Positions 17,728-25,711 of a stretch of DNA of 64,000 nucleotides are shown one piece after another. The position numbers and the translations under genes were made by a program. This DNA comes from Steroidobacteraceae bacterium (lineage in GTDB: Bacteria > Pseudomonadota > Gammaproteobacteria > Steroidobacterales > Steroidobacteraceae), in assembly GCA_036393055.1 (NCBI GenBank), contig DASVWT010000308.1:5657-69656 (forward strand), in the 5' to 3' direction. The notes beneath the pieces are model-generated. The model was given only the letters and a program-made list of their open reading frames with translations. It ran no database searches and was not told the DNA's origin. Numbering within the stretch: position 1 is the first letter of the stretch; the number at the start of each line of letters is the position of its first letter.

Positions 17728-18047
17728 CCGGCTCACCGCTCGACACGACCGGTCCGCGCCAGCGCTTCTTCGAGGCGGAACCAGTCGATCATCTCGTCAC
17801 CATGATGCTCGAGCTGGCCGCAGAGGTGTGGGCCGTCCGCGAGCGTCTCTACATCATCGAGAAGGAGTCCGCGCGTCTGGGGCTGCCCCTGGGCTCCGCC
17901 GTGGAGGGGCATGTCCTCTCGCCAGAAGAGCAGGCGGAGCTCGCCGAGATGCGCCGGCACATGCTGGCCAACATCCTGCGCACAGTGGGCCGGCCGCACC
18001 GCGATCCGCCTGAGATGCCCGGCACGACGGCGCCGCGCGCGGAATGA
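17724..18047 (+). CDS. small helical protein, partner family copy B (107 aa)
   Basis: ORF track 17694..18047, start set to GTG 17724, which overlaps the methyltransferase stop (GTGA). Core LVTMMLELAAEVWAVRERLYIIEKESARLGL..EMRRHMLANILRTV. Confidence 0.65.
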   Translation: MTGSPLDTTGPRQRFFEAEPVDHLVTMMLELAAEVWAVRERLYIIEKESARLGLPLGSAVEGHVLSPEEQAELAEMRRHMLANILRTVGRPHRDPPEMPGTTAPRAE

Positions 18048-18048
18048 C

Positions 18049-18852
18049 ATGGCCGGATCCGAGCCGATGCCGCAAGTCCCTGCGCGCAGCGATACGACGC
18101 CGCGCGAATACGGACGCCGGGGTGTTTTCGGCATATTGACACCTCAAAGCAACGCGATCGCAGAGCAGGAGCTGCGTATCCTGTTGCCGCCGGCCTGCTC
18201 CATGGTCAGCGCGCGGCTCACGAGCGCGGGCCGCACCCTCGAGCGGCGCCTGGCGGATTACGGCGAGCGGCTGGACCAGTTCCTCGATCAGTTCGGCAAT
18301 ATCGCCGCCGATGCCGTGGGCGTCGCTTGCACCGGGTCATTCTACGGCCTGGATCGGGGCGAAGAGCGCACCCGCAGGCAGGCCCGGCAGGCGCGCCGCG
18401 GATGTCCCGTCGTAACCTCCGTGGACGCGATCGATGCCGCTCTGCGCGCACTCGGCATCGGCTCCATCGCCATCGTGTCTCCTTACCCCGCCTGGCTCAC
18501 CGAAAGCTGCCGCTCGCATTGGGTAGGGCTGGGCACGCGTGTGACCGGCGTGCTGCAGCTCTCATCCGGAGCGACCGAGCCCCATCGGATCTACTCGCTC
18601 ACTTCCGCGTCAGTGCTCGAGGAAACTCTGCGATTCGACGTGCAGGGAGCCGAAGCTATCCTGCTGTCGGGAACGGGCATGCCGAGCCTGCGCGTCATCC
18701 AACAGCTCGAGCCCACGCGTGGCATCCCGGTGCTGTCATCGAGCCTCTGTCTGGCCTGGGCGCTAGCCCGGACCGTGGATCTCGGCGAGCGCGGTCCGGA
18801 GTCGCGGCTGTACGGCGGATGGGCCGGGCGCCTGGCGCTGGCACTGGCATGA
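18049..18852 (+). CDS. Asp/Glu/hydantoin-racemase superfamily protein (maleate isomerase / arylmalonate decarboxylase-like)
   Basis: ORF track 17911..18852, start trimmed to ATG 18049, 1 nt after the upstream stop. FGILTPQSN, AVGVACTGSFY, IAIVSPYP, AILLSGTGMPSLRVIQ, IPVLSS. Confidence 0.7.
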   Translation: MAGSEPMPQVPARSDTTPREYGRRGVFGILTPQSNAIAEQELRILLPPACSMVSARLTSAGRTLERRLADYGERLDQFLDQFGNIAADAVGVACTGSFYGLDRGEERTRRQARQARRGCPVVTSVDAIDAALRALGIGSIAIVSPYPAWLTESCRSHWVGLGTRVTGVLQLSSGATEPHRIYSLTSASVLEETLRFDVQGAEAILLSGTGMPSLRVIQQLEPTRGIPVLSSSLCLAWALARTVDLGERGPESRLYGGWAGRLALALA

Positions 18853-20051
18853 CGGCAGAGCTTCGCAAGCCCGTTCTCATCGTCGGCGCCGGTCCGGTTG
18901 GGCTGACTGCCGCATTGCGTCTGGCGCAGGCCGGAGTTGCGGTCGCGCTTTTCGAGGCCGAGCGTGCCGTCTCGACGGATCTGCGCGCCTCGACTTTTCA
19001 TCCGCCGACCCTCGACATGCTGGATACTCTCGGCGTGGCGGTGGAGCTCATCGCCCAGGGGCGGCTGACGCCCCGCTGGCAAGTCCGCCTGCACGAGACG
19101 GGCGAGCGCGCGGAGTTCGATCTCAGCATCCTGGCGGACGAGACACGCCACCCGTATCGCCTGCAGTGCGAGCAGCAGGTATTGCAGCGTCTGCTGCTCG
19201 ACCGGTTGGCTCAGTATCCCCATGCGCGCATCCGTTTCGACGCCGAAGTCGAGGCGGTGGGACAAGACGCCCGTGGAGTCTGGGTCGGCGTCAAAGGCGA
19301 GCGCACACAGGGCAGTTGGCTGATCGGCGCCGACGGCGCCCGCAGTATCGTACGCCGGACGTGCGGCATCGGTTTCGAGGGCGAGACCTATCCGGAGAGC
19401 ACGATCCTGGTCACCACGGATTTCGAGTTCGAGCGGTCGCTCCCGGGGCTCTCGCCCGTCAATTATATCTGGGCCGGCGCCGGAACCTTCAGCCTCCTGC
19501 GACTGCCCGATTTCTGGCGCTGCAGCCTCTACCCCCGCGAAGGGCAGACGCTCGAGAGCGCGATGGAGGATGATTCAATCGAGGCTCAACTCCAACATGT
19601 AGTCTCGCGTGCCGAGCGCTACAGGGTTCTGCACAAGAGGTGTTACCGCATCCACCGGCGTGTCGCCGACACGTATCGCCGGGGGCGCATGCTGTTGGCA
19701 GGCGATGCAGCGCATCTCAACAGCCCGAGCGGCGGCATGGGAATGAACGCCGGAATACATGACGCCTTCAGCCTCACGGACTGCCTCATTGGAGTCCTGG
19801 GAGATGCGGATGAACGGCTGCTCGACCGCTATGAGCGTCAGCGGCGCCCGATCGCCGTCGAGCACGTTCTGCAGCAATCCGACCGCAACCGGCGCCGCAT
19901 GCAGGAGACCGATCCGCAGCGCCGCCGCGAGCTGCTGCGCGACCTGCAACTCACGGCGGCGGATCCCGCACGGGCTCGCGAGTATCTGCTCGCGAGCTCC
20001 ATGATTGCCGGTCTGCGGCAGGCGGGCAGGATCGAGTCGGTGCAGACATGA
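18849..20051 (+). CDS. FAD-dependent aromatic-ring-type monooxygenase
   Basis: Within ORF 18327..20051; start ATG 18849 (ATGA overlap). VLIVGAGPVGLTAALRLAQAG, GADGARSIVRR, LAGDAAHLNSPSGGMGMN. Confidence 0.85.
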   Translation: MTAELRKPVLIVGAGPVGLTAALRLAQAGVAVALFEAERAVSTDLRASTFHPPTLDMLDTLGVAVELIAQGRLTPRWQVRLHETGERAEFDLSILADETRHPYRLQCEQQVLQRLLLDRLAQYPHARIRFDAEVEAVGQDARGVWVGVKGERTQGSWLIGADGARSIVRRTCGIGFEGETYPESTILVTTDFEFERSLPGLSPVNYIWAGAGTFSLLRLPDFWRCSLYPREGQTLESAMEDDSIEAQLQHVVSRAERYRVLHKRCYRIHRRVADTYRRGRMLLAGDAAHLNSPSGGMGMNAGIHDAFSLTDCLIGVLGDADERLLDRYERQRRPIAVEHVLQQSDRNRRRMQETDPQRRRELLRDLQLTAADPARAREYLLASSMIAGLRQAGRIESVQT

Positions 20052-21448
20052 GGAGTTCCACTGCACGCGCATTCTCCAATCGCTACGCGTGGTACGTCGC
20101 GGGACTGCTGACGCTCACGCAGATCGTTTCCTATCTGGATCGTTTCCTGCCGAGCCTGCTGGTACGGCCCATCAAGCAGGACCTGCACTTGAGCGATTTC
20201 CAGATCGGGCTGCTGCTCGGGCCGGCATTCGTCGTGTTCTATGTCCTGCTCGCCGTCCCGCTGGGCTGGTTGGCAGATCGAGTCAACCGGCGCGCCATTC
20301 TGGCCGTGGGCGTGGCGATCTGGTGCTCCATGACCGCCGCGGCAGCGGCGGTGAGCGGCTTCCTGCCGCTGTTCGCGACCCGCCTCGGGGTGGGATTCGG
20401 CGAGGCGGCCGTCGCACCGACGTCGATCTCGCTGATCGGCGATTACTTCGGGCGCGAGCGGCAGGCGCGCGCCGTCAGCCTCTTCATGTCCGGTGCGTTC
20501 CTCGGCGCCGGCGCGTCGTTTCTCTTCTTCGGGCCGCTGGTCCATTACATCGAGTCGCTGCCCACGGTCGCGTTGCCGCTGCTCGGCCGGATCTCATCGT
20601 GGCGGTTGTGCTTCCTCCTGGTCGGGGCCCCCGGCCTGTTGCTGACACTCCTCATGCTGACGGTGCGCGAGCCGGCGCGACGGGATCGTGTTGCAATACG
20701 CTCACGGGATGGCCGGACGACTTCGAGCGCAGAGGCGAATCCGACGTTCTCCGAAGGCATCGCCTACATCGTACGGCGGTGGCGCGCCTTCGGAACGCTG
20801 TTTGTCGCGTCCTCCTGCAATGTCATGATGGGTGCCCTCGCGTTCTGGAACGTCGCACTCTTCGGCCGCACGTGGCACTGGAATGTCGCCCAGGTGGGCA
20901 TCGCGGTCGGGGTGATCCTCTTTACCGCTGGGCCCCTGGGGACGCTGCTCGGTGTCTATCTGACCAACCGCGACCTGGCCGCGGGCCGAAGGGATGCGAC
21001 CCTGCGGGCGCTTTTCGTCGGTCTGCTCATCGGAGTGCCCACGTACTGCGCCTTTCCGCTGATGCCGAGCGTCCAGTTGGGGCTGGCGGTTTTGTTCGTC
21101 GCGCTGCTCGGTCAGGCCATGGCCACCGCAGCGGGGCCAGCCACCCTGGTGATGCTGGCGCCCGGCCAGATCCGCGCCCAGTCGACCGCCATTTACTATC
21201 TGGTGATCAGCATCGTCGCGCAGCTCATCGGACCGCCGCTGGTGGGTCTCATCACCGACCTGCTCGGCAGCCCGGACGCGCTGCGCTACGCCGTTGCCAT
21301 CGAGGCGGCCCTGATCGGGATTCCGTCGATCGTGCTCGTCTGGCTCGGCTTTGGGGCCTACCGCCGTTCCGTGGCGGAGCTCGAGGGCCAGTTCGATGTC
21401 GAGTCGTGGCCCGCCGGTACGCCCGCCATAGAAGGAGCGCCAAGATGA
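20048..21448 (+). CDS. MFS transporter
   Basis: 466 aa, multi-TM hydrophobic profile. MFS loop motif GWLADRVNRRAIL. ATGA overlaps at both ends. Confidence 0.85.
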   Translation: MRSSTARAFSNRYAWYVAGLLTLTQIVSYLDRFLPSLLVRPIKQDLHLSDFQIGLLLGPAFVVFYVLLAVPLGWLADRVNRRAILAVGVAIWCSMTAAAAAVSGFLPLFATRLGVGFGEAAVAPTSISLIGDYFGRERQARAVSLFMSGAFLGAGASFLFFGPLVHYIESLPTVALPLLGRISSWRLCFLLVGAPGLLLTLLMLTVREPARRDRVAIRSRDGRTTSSAEANPTFSEGIAYIVRRWRAFGTLFVASSCNVMMGALAFWNVALFGRTWHWNVAQVGIAVGVILFTAGPLGTLLGVYLTNRDLAAGRRDATLRALFVGLLIGVPTYCAFPLMPSVQLGLAVLFVALLGQAMATAAGPATLVMLAPGQIRAQSTAIYYLVISIVAQLIGPPLVGLITDLLGSPDALRYAVAIEAALIGIPSIVLVWLGFGAYRRSVAELEGQFDVESWPAGTPAIEGAPR

Positions 21449-22557
21449 CATTCTCGCTCGAGAGCCGGGCCACGCTGCAATTCGTGTTGACTCTGCGCCG
21501 CCGATGGGCGGATACGCTCTATCCGCGCTTGCGCGCGGAATGTGATGCCCTGGGCGGCCCGGAATCGCTCGCGCCCGATGGTTTCGCGGATCGCGTCCAC
21601 GGGCTGAGGAGCTATCCGGGCTTTGCGTGGCTGGAGCGCGGGTCGCAGAAGATGTTGTGGCGCGCGGCGATCGATGCGATCACGGGGGATGATGCCGGGG
21701 AAGCTCGTGCGGCGGAAAGTGGCACCGCGAAACGCGACGCGGCGGATCGAGCGGCAGGACGAAGATATCCGACAGGGCCCGCGTCGGGCTCGACGCTGGA
21801 GCTCGACCCGCAATTGCCGCTGCCGGATTGGTATACCGGCTGGGACATTCACTTGCAGCCGGGCGGTGTTTGGTCCGATGCAACCTCGGCCCGGGTATAC
21901 GAGCTCGGCGCGCGGCTGGTGATGCTGGGCGACAACGACGATTACAAGTTTCATCGCCTGTTCGTGGAGACCGCCGTTCCGCGACGCGATTACCGCCGGA
22001 TCGTCGATCTCGGCTGCGGCTTCGGCAAATCCACGTGGCCGCTGAAGAAAGCCTTCCCCGTTGCGGAAGTGATCGGCATCGATCTCTCCGCGCCATGCCT
22101 GGAGCTTGCGGTGCGGCGGACTGCGGCAAAAGGACTCGGCATTCGCTTCCGGCAAGCGAATGCAGCCGGAACCGGACTCGAGGCGGCGCGCGCCGATCTG
22201 GTCACCGCCACCATGCTCGCCCACGAATTGCCGCTCGATGCTCTGGCGGCGGTTCTCGCGGAGGCAGCGCGCCTTCTGGCGCCGGGCGGCCTGCTGCGGA
22301 TTCTGGATTTTCAGTACACCGGCGACCCCTTGCGCGATCTCGCGATGACCGAGCATGGCGCACGCAACAACGAGCCCTTCATGCCGCCGATGATGTCGGC
22401 CGATACGGTCGGTATGGCTGAGGCCGCGGGCCTGCGGGAGGTGCGCTGGACGGCCTTCGACGAGCGCGATGCGGGCAGACTGGAGCAGCTTGCGTGGCCG
22501 CAGCGCGCGGAATGGCACTTTCCGTGGGCGGTCCTCGAAGCGGAGAAGCCGGCGTGA
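21445..22557 (+). CDS. SAM-dependent methyltransferase-like protein with N-terminal extension (paralog 3 of 4)
   Basis: C-terminal part of ORF 20005..22557; start ATG 21445 (GGAG RBS, ATGA overlap with the MFS stop). RIVDLGCGFGKST, VIGIDLSA, ADLVTATMLAHEL, LAPGG, RNNEPFM. Confidence 0.8.
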   Translation: MTFSLESRATLQFVLTLRRRWADTLYPRLRAECDALGGPESLAPDGFADRVHGLRSYPGFAWLERGSQKMLWRAAIDAITGDDAGEARAAESGTAKRDAADRAAGRRYPTGPASGSTLELDPQLPLPDWYTGWDIHLQPGGVWSDATSARVYELGARLVMLGDNDDYKFHRLFVETAVPRRDYRRIVDLGCGFGKSTWPLKKAFPVAEVIGIDLSAPCLELAVRRTAAKGLGIRFRQANAAGTGLEAARADLVTATMLAHELPLDALAAVLAEAARLLAPGGLLRILDFQYTGDPLRDLAMTEHGARNNEPFMPPMMSADTVGMAEAAGLREVRWTAFDERDAGRLEQLAWPQRAEWHFPWAVLEAEKPA

Positions 22558-22883
22558 GCGCGCCCGCTGAATTCGGCGGCATCGACAACTCACATCTCGC
22601 GGCCCTCGTCTTCGAGCTGGCCTCACAATTGCACGTGGAGCGCGCGCGACGCCTCGCGCTCGAGGCAACGCTGACGCGTCTCGGCATTCTCGATGCCTCG
22701 CAGATCGAGGCTGCCGCTGACGGTCCCTCTTACCGGCAACAGACGGCCCTTCTGGCGGATGAGGCGATCCGCAGGCTCCTGGAAGTACTGTCCGAGTCGA
22801 GCGACGAGCGCAAGCCCCTGCGCGCCGAGGCGCCCGCAAGCGCCGCGCCGCCGGCCGCAGACGCCGAAAGCAAACATCCCTGA
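22554..22883 (+). CDS. small helical protein, partner family copy C (109 aa)
   Basis: ORF track 22494..22883, start set to GTG 22554 (GTGA overlap). Core LAALVFELASQLHVERARRLALEATLTRLGILDASQIE..ADEAIRRLLEVL. Confidence 0.65.
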   Translation: MSAPAEFGGIDNSHLAALVFELASQLHVERARRLALEATLTRLGILDASQIEAAADGPSYRQQTALLADEAIRRLLEVLSESSDERKPLRAEAPASAAPPAADAESKHP

Positions 22884-22895
22884 AGGAGAATCCCG

Positions 22896-23720
22896 ATGGC
22901 CAGGCCGTGGATCGAATTCGTGCAGTCGCAGAACCTGCCTTGGGCGGCCGGTGATCTCTGGGGCTGCCGCCCCGGTGTCGACCTCAAGGTCCTCAGTCTG
23001 GACCCCGATCAGGGCGCCGCCAGCCTGCTGGTGCGTTACCCTCCCGGGTGGCGGCTCGAGCGCGAAGGCACGCTCTCGGCCGACGAGGAATTCCTGGTGT
23101 TGGACGGCGCTCTCTCGCTGGGGCGGCAGCGCCACGGCGAGAAGGCATACGCACACCTGCCGGCGGGCTACGCGCGCGGTCCGATGGCATCCGAGAGAGG
23201 CGCTGTCGCTCTGACTTTCTTCTCGCAACGGCCGTTCTGGGACACGGCGAGGCCGTTCGATCCGGCGCGGCTGGTCGAGAACCTGGATGCGTTCTCCGTT
23301 CCCTACACCGGGCGCTTCCATCCGGAGTTCCCGCCCGGAGCCGGCCGCAAGACGCTGTATGAGGATCCCGTCACCCACGATCAGAGCTGGATTCTCGGCA
23401 CCCTGCCGATGCGCTGGGCGGAGCGCGCGGAGGTTCATCCCGTCGTGGAGGAAATGTATCTGTTGAGCGGCGAGTCGCACGGCAACCGCGGAGTGATGCG
23501 CCCCGGCGCCTACTTCTGGCGGCCGCCCGAGATCGCGCACGGGCCGTACGGAACGCTGACGGGAAACCTCTACTTCTTCCGCACTCACGGCGGACCGCTG
23601 GTCACCCGATATGTCGATTCCGGCCAGCCGTTCCGCTGGTGGCCCGCGTACGATCCCGTGTTGCCGGAGGAGCTCGCCGGTGCGCGCGGCGAAGCCGCGC
23701 CCGCCCCGCGGTGCTGGTGA
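22896..23720 (+). CDS. cupin-fold (apparent bicupin) protein of unknown function
   Basis: 274 aa, AAGGAG RBS. Two cupin-like halves (..ADEEFLVLDGALSL.. and ..HPVVEEMYLLSGESHG..PPEIAHGP..). Confidence 0.6.
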   Translation: MARPWIEFVQSQNLPWAAGDLWGCRPGVDLKVLSLDPDQGAASLLVRYPPGWRLEREGTLSADEEFLVLDGALSLGRQRHGEKAYAHLPAGYARGPMASERGAVALTFFSQRPFWDTARPFDPARLVENLDAFSVPYTGRFHPEFPPGAGRKTLYEDPVTHDQSWILGTLPMRWAERAEVHPVVEEMYLLSGESHGNRGVMRPGAYFWRPPEIAHGPYGTLTGNLYFFRTHGGPLVTRYVDSGQPFRWWPAYDPVLPEELAGARGEAAPAPRCW

Positions 23721-23723
23721 GCA

Positions 23724-24398
23724 ATGACCCGACTCCCTTACTCTTGCCTCGTCTTCGCCCACCTGCTCCTCTTCGTCCTGTGGCTCGGGGGTGACGTCGG
23801 CGTCTACACACTCGGCCGCCACTTCCGTATGCGCGCCCGCTACAGCATCGAGCAGCGGCTCGCGCTGCTGAAGCTCCTCGTGGCAATCGACATGGTGCCG
23901 CGAACCGCCTGGGCCCTGATGGTTCCGGTGTCCCTCTCCGTCGTCGCGGCGGGCGGTTACTGGGCGGTACCGCGCTGGCTGCTGGCGCTGGCGTGGATCG
24001 CGGGGCTTCTCTGGACCTGGCTCGTCTGGGATGCGCACGCGCACGAGCGGACGCCACGGGCGGCACGCGAGCGGCGCGTCGAATTCTGGCTGAAGATCGT
24101 GCTGGCGCTCTTCTACCTCTGGCTGGGAAGCGCTTCGCTCGCAACCGGAGCGCCGCTGACAGCCGCGTGGCTGGCCGTGAAGGCGCTGGCGTTCGGCCTG
24201 ATCTTCGGTGCCGCCACGATGATCGATGTCGCCTACCGGCCGGTCGGCGCACAGCTCGGCCGTCTCCTGCGCGAGGGCTCGAGCGATGCCACCGAGCTGC
24301 CGCTGCTCGTGACCATGAACCGCACGCGCGCGTGGGTCTGGACGGTGTATCTGCTGCTGTTGGTGACCGCATTTCTCGGTGTCGCAAAACCCTTCTGA
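23724..24398 (+). CDS. integral membrane protein, unknown function (paralog A)
   Basis: 224 aa, about 5-6 hydrophobic helices. N-terminal LVFAHLLLFVLWLGGDVG; C-terminal LLVTAFLGVAKPF. Paralogous to the next gene. Confidence 0.7.
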   Translation: MTRLPYSCLVFAHLLLFVLWLGGDVGVYTLGRHFRMRARYSIEQRLALLKLLVAIDMVPRTAWALMVPVSLSVVAAGGYWAVPRWLLALAWIAGLLWTWLVWDAHAHERTPRAARERRVEFWLKIVLALFYLWLGSASLATGAPLTAAWLAVKALAFGLIFGAATMIDVAYRPVGAQLGRLLREGSSDATELPLLVTMNRTRAWVWTVYLLLLVTAFLGVAKPF

Positions 24399-24451
24399 TC
24401 CGCGGGCGCCATCCAACCGACCCACTCCTCCGCAGCACCCAAAGGTGAGCC

Positions 24452-25114
24452 ATGCTCCCGCAGGCACTGCTCGTCGCCCATATCGCCATCGTCGGCTACT
24501 GGCTCGGCTCGGAGCTGGTGATCAACAGCACCTATCGCCAGGTGTGCTTCGGCGCCCGGCTACCGTTCCCGGAGCGCAATCGGATGATGGAGCACGTCAT
24601 GGAGGCCGACCAGCACGTGCGTTATGCGCTGGCCCTGCAGGTCGCGACGGGTTTCGCTCTCGCGGCGCTGTACGGCTTCATTCCGGGCGGCGGTACCGCC
24701 GCCTGGATGGCCGCCCTATTCGGGGCACTCTGGCTCACGTTCATCGAGACCGTGCATCGCCTGCGCCACGCCCCCACGGGCCGCCGCCTCGGCGCGATCG
24801 ACCGCGGCTCCCGCTACCTGTTGATGGCCGTGCTGTTGTGCATCGGCGCCGGCCTGATCGGCCGCGGATGGGGCACCCCCGGCTGGCTGCGCCTGAAGCT
24901 GGCGCTCTTTGCCGGCGTAATGGCATGCGGCGTCGGCATCCGGATCGTGCTGCTGGCGCACTTCCGCGTTTGGAAGGCGATGGCGCAAGATGGTCCGACC
25001 GACCACGGCAACGCGCTCATCCGAAGCATCTACATCAAAGCGACGTCGATTCTGGGATTCCTCTGGGCGCTGATCGCCTGTATCGTCATCATCAGCGTCT
25101 CGAAGCCCATGTGA
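24452..25114 (+). CDS. integral membrane protein, unknown function (paralog B)
   Basis: 220 aa, AAAGGTGAG RBS. LLVAHIAIVGYWLGSELV, WLRLKLALFAGVMACG; C-terminal IVIISVSKPM. Confidence 0.7.
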   Translation: MLPQALLVAHIAIVGYWLGSELVINSTYRQVCFGARLPFPERNRMMEHVMEADQHVRYALALQVATGFALAALYGFIPGGGTAAWMAALFGALWLTFIETVHRLRHAPTGRRLGAIDRGSRYLLMAVLLCIGAGLIGRGWGTPGWLRLKLALFAGVMACGVGIRIVLLAHFRVWKAMAQDGPTDHGNALIRSIYIKATSILGFLWALIACIVIISVSKPM

Positions 25115-25145
25115 AAAATCCGTCTGTGGTTTGCGCGCTGCAAGC

Positions 25146-25512
25146 TCAACTGGGCTCGGTGAGCATCCATTCGTACGCTGGGAGTACCTCGACTCCCGGG
25201 GCCGCAACCTCCCCCGCAGCGTCACGGTCGAGAACGAGCAATCGACGGTGGGCGCGCGGATGTTCCTTGGCAGCAGCGGCGAGCGCCCGCATCTCGCGCG
25301 CAAGGGTTTCCTGCGCCTTCAGAGACGCACAAACCTGTATGAGCTCCTGACCGCCACTGCGATATCGGGCCAGGAAGTCGACTTCAAGGCCATCTGCCGT
25401 CTTCACGTAGCCTACCTCGGCTCGCCGCCGCTCGAGCTCGTGTGAAGTGGGTTGCAGGGCTGGGCGCAAGCGCGGCGTTCAGCCGCTCTTCGAGCACGGG
25501 GTGAAGAGGCAT
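25146..25512 (-). pseudogene. C-terminal remnant of a COG1373/DUF4143-type ATPase gene
   Basis: 107-aa ORF 25146..25469 reads ..AEVGYVKTADGLEVDFLARY..IQVCASL..TLAREMRALAAA.., resembling only the C-terminal third of such ATPases. An out-of-frame continuation (MPLHPVLEERLNAAL) lies upstream. No P-loop N-terminal part is present. Confidence 0.5.
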
Positions 25513-25643
25513 GCCCGCTGAGTCCGCTCAATGTGGCCTTAATTCAAGGCCGGATTATTATAATTGTGTCCTTATGTCAAGGCCAGGATTTCCCGCGGGC
25601 CGTCTGGAACCGCGCAAGCTCAGCAGCGGCTGACAGGGTCCCA

Positions 25644-25682
25644 GGAGCGCGGAACACGCCAGAAGCGGGGTTCCGTCGCTCC
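25644..25682 (-). terminator. stem-loop downstream of TonB-dependent receptor pseudogene
   Basis: GGAGCGCGGAAC (25644-25655) pairs with GTTCCGtCGCTCC (25670-25682), giving a 12-bp stem with one bulge and a 14-nt loop. It starts 30 nt after the stop at 25712. No T-tract. Confidence 0.35.
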
Positions 25683-25711
25683 GGACCGCAGGACAAACCC
25701 GAATGCGGCGG

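Noticed and set aside
25535-25600. AT-rich patch with GGCCTT-aattc-AAGGCC as a possible IS end, att site or small RNA gene.
   Set aside because: There is no second matching repeat in the window, no adjacent recombinase and no promoter/terminator pair framing it. It is kept only as part of the decay-zone observation.
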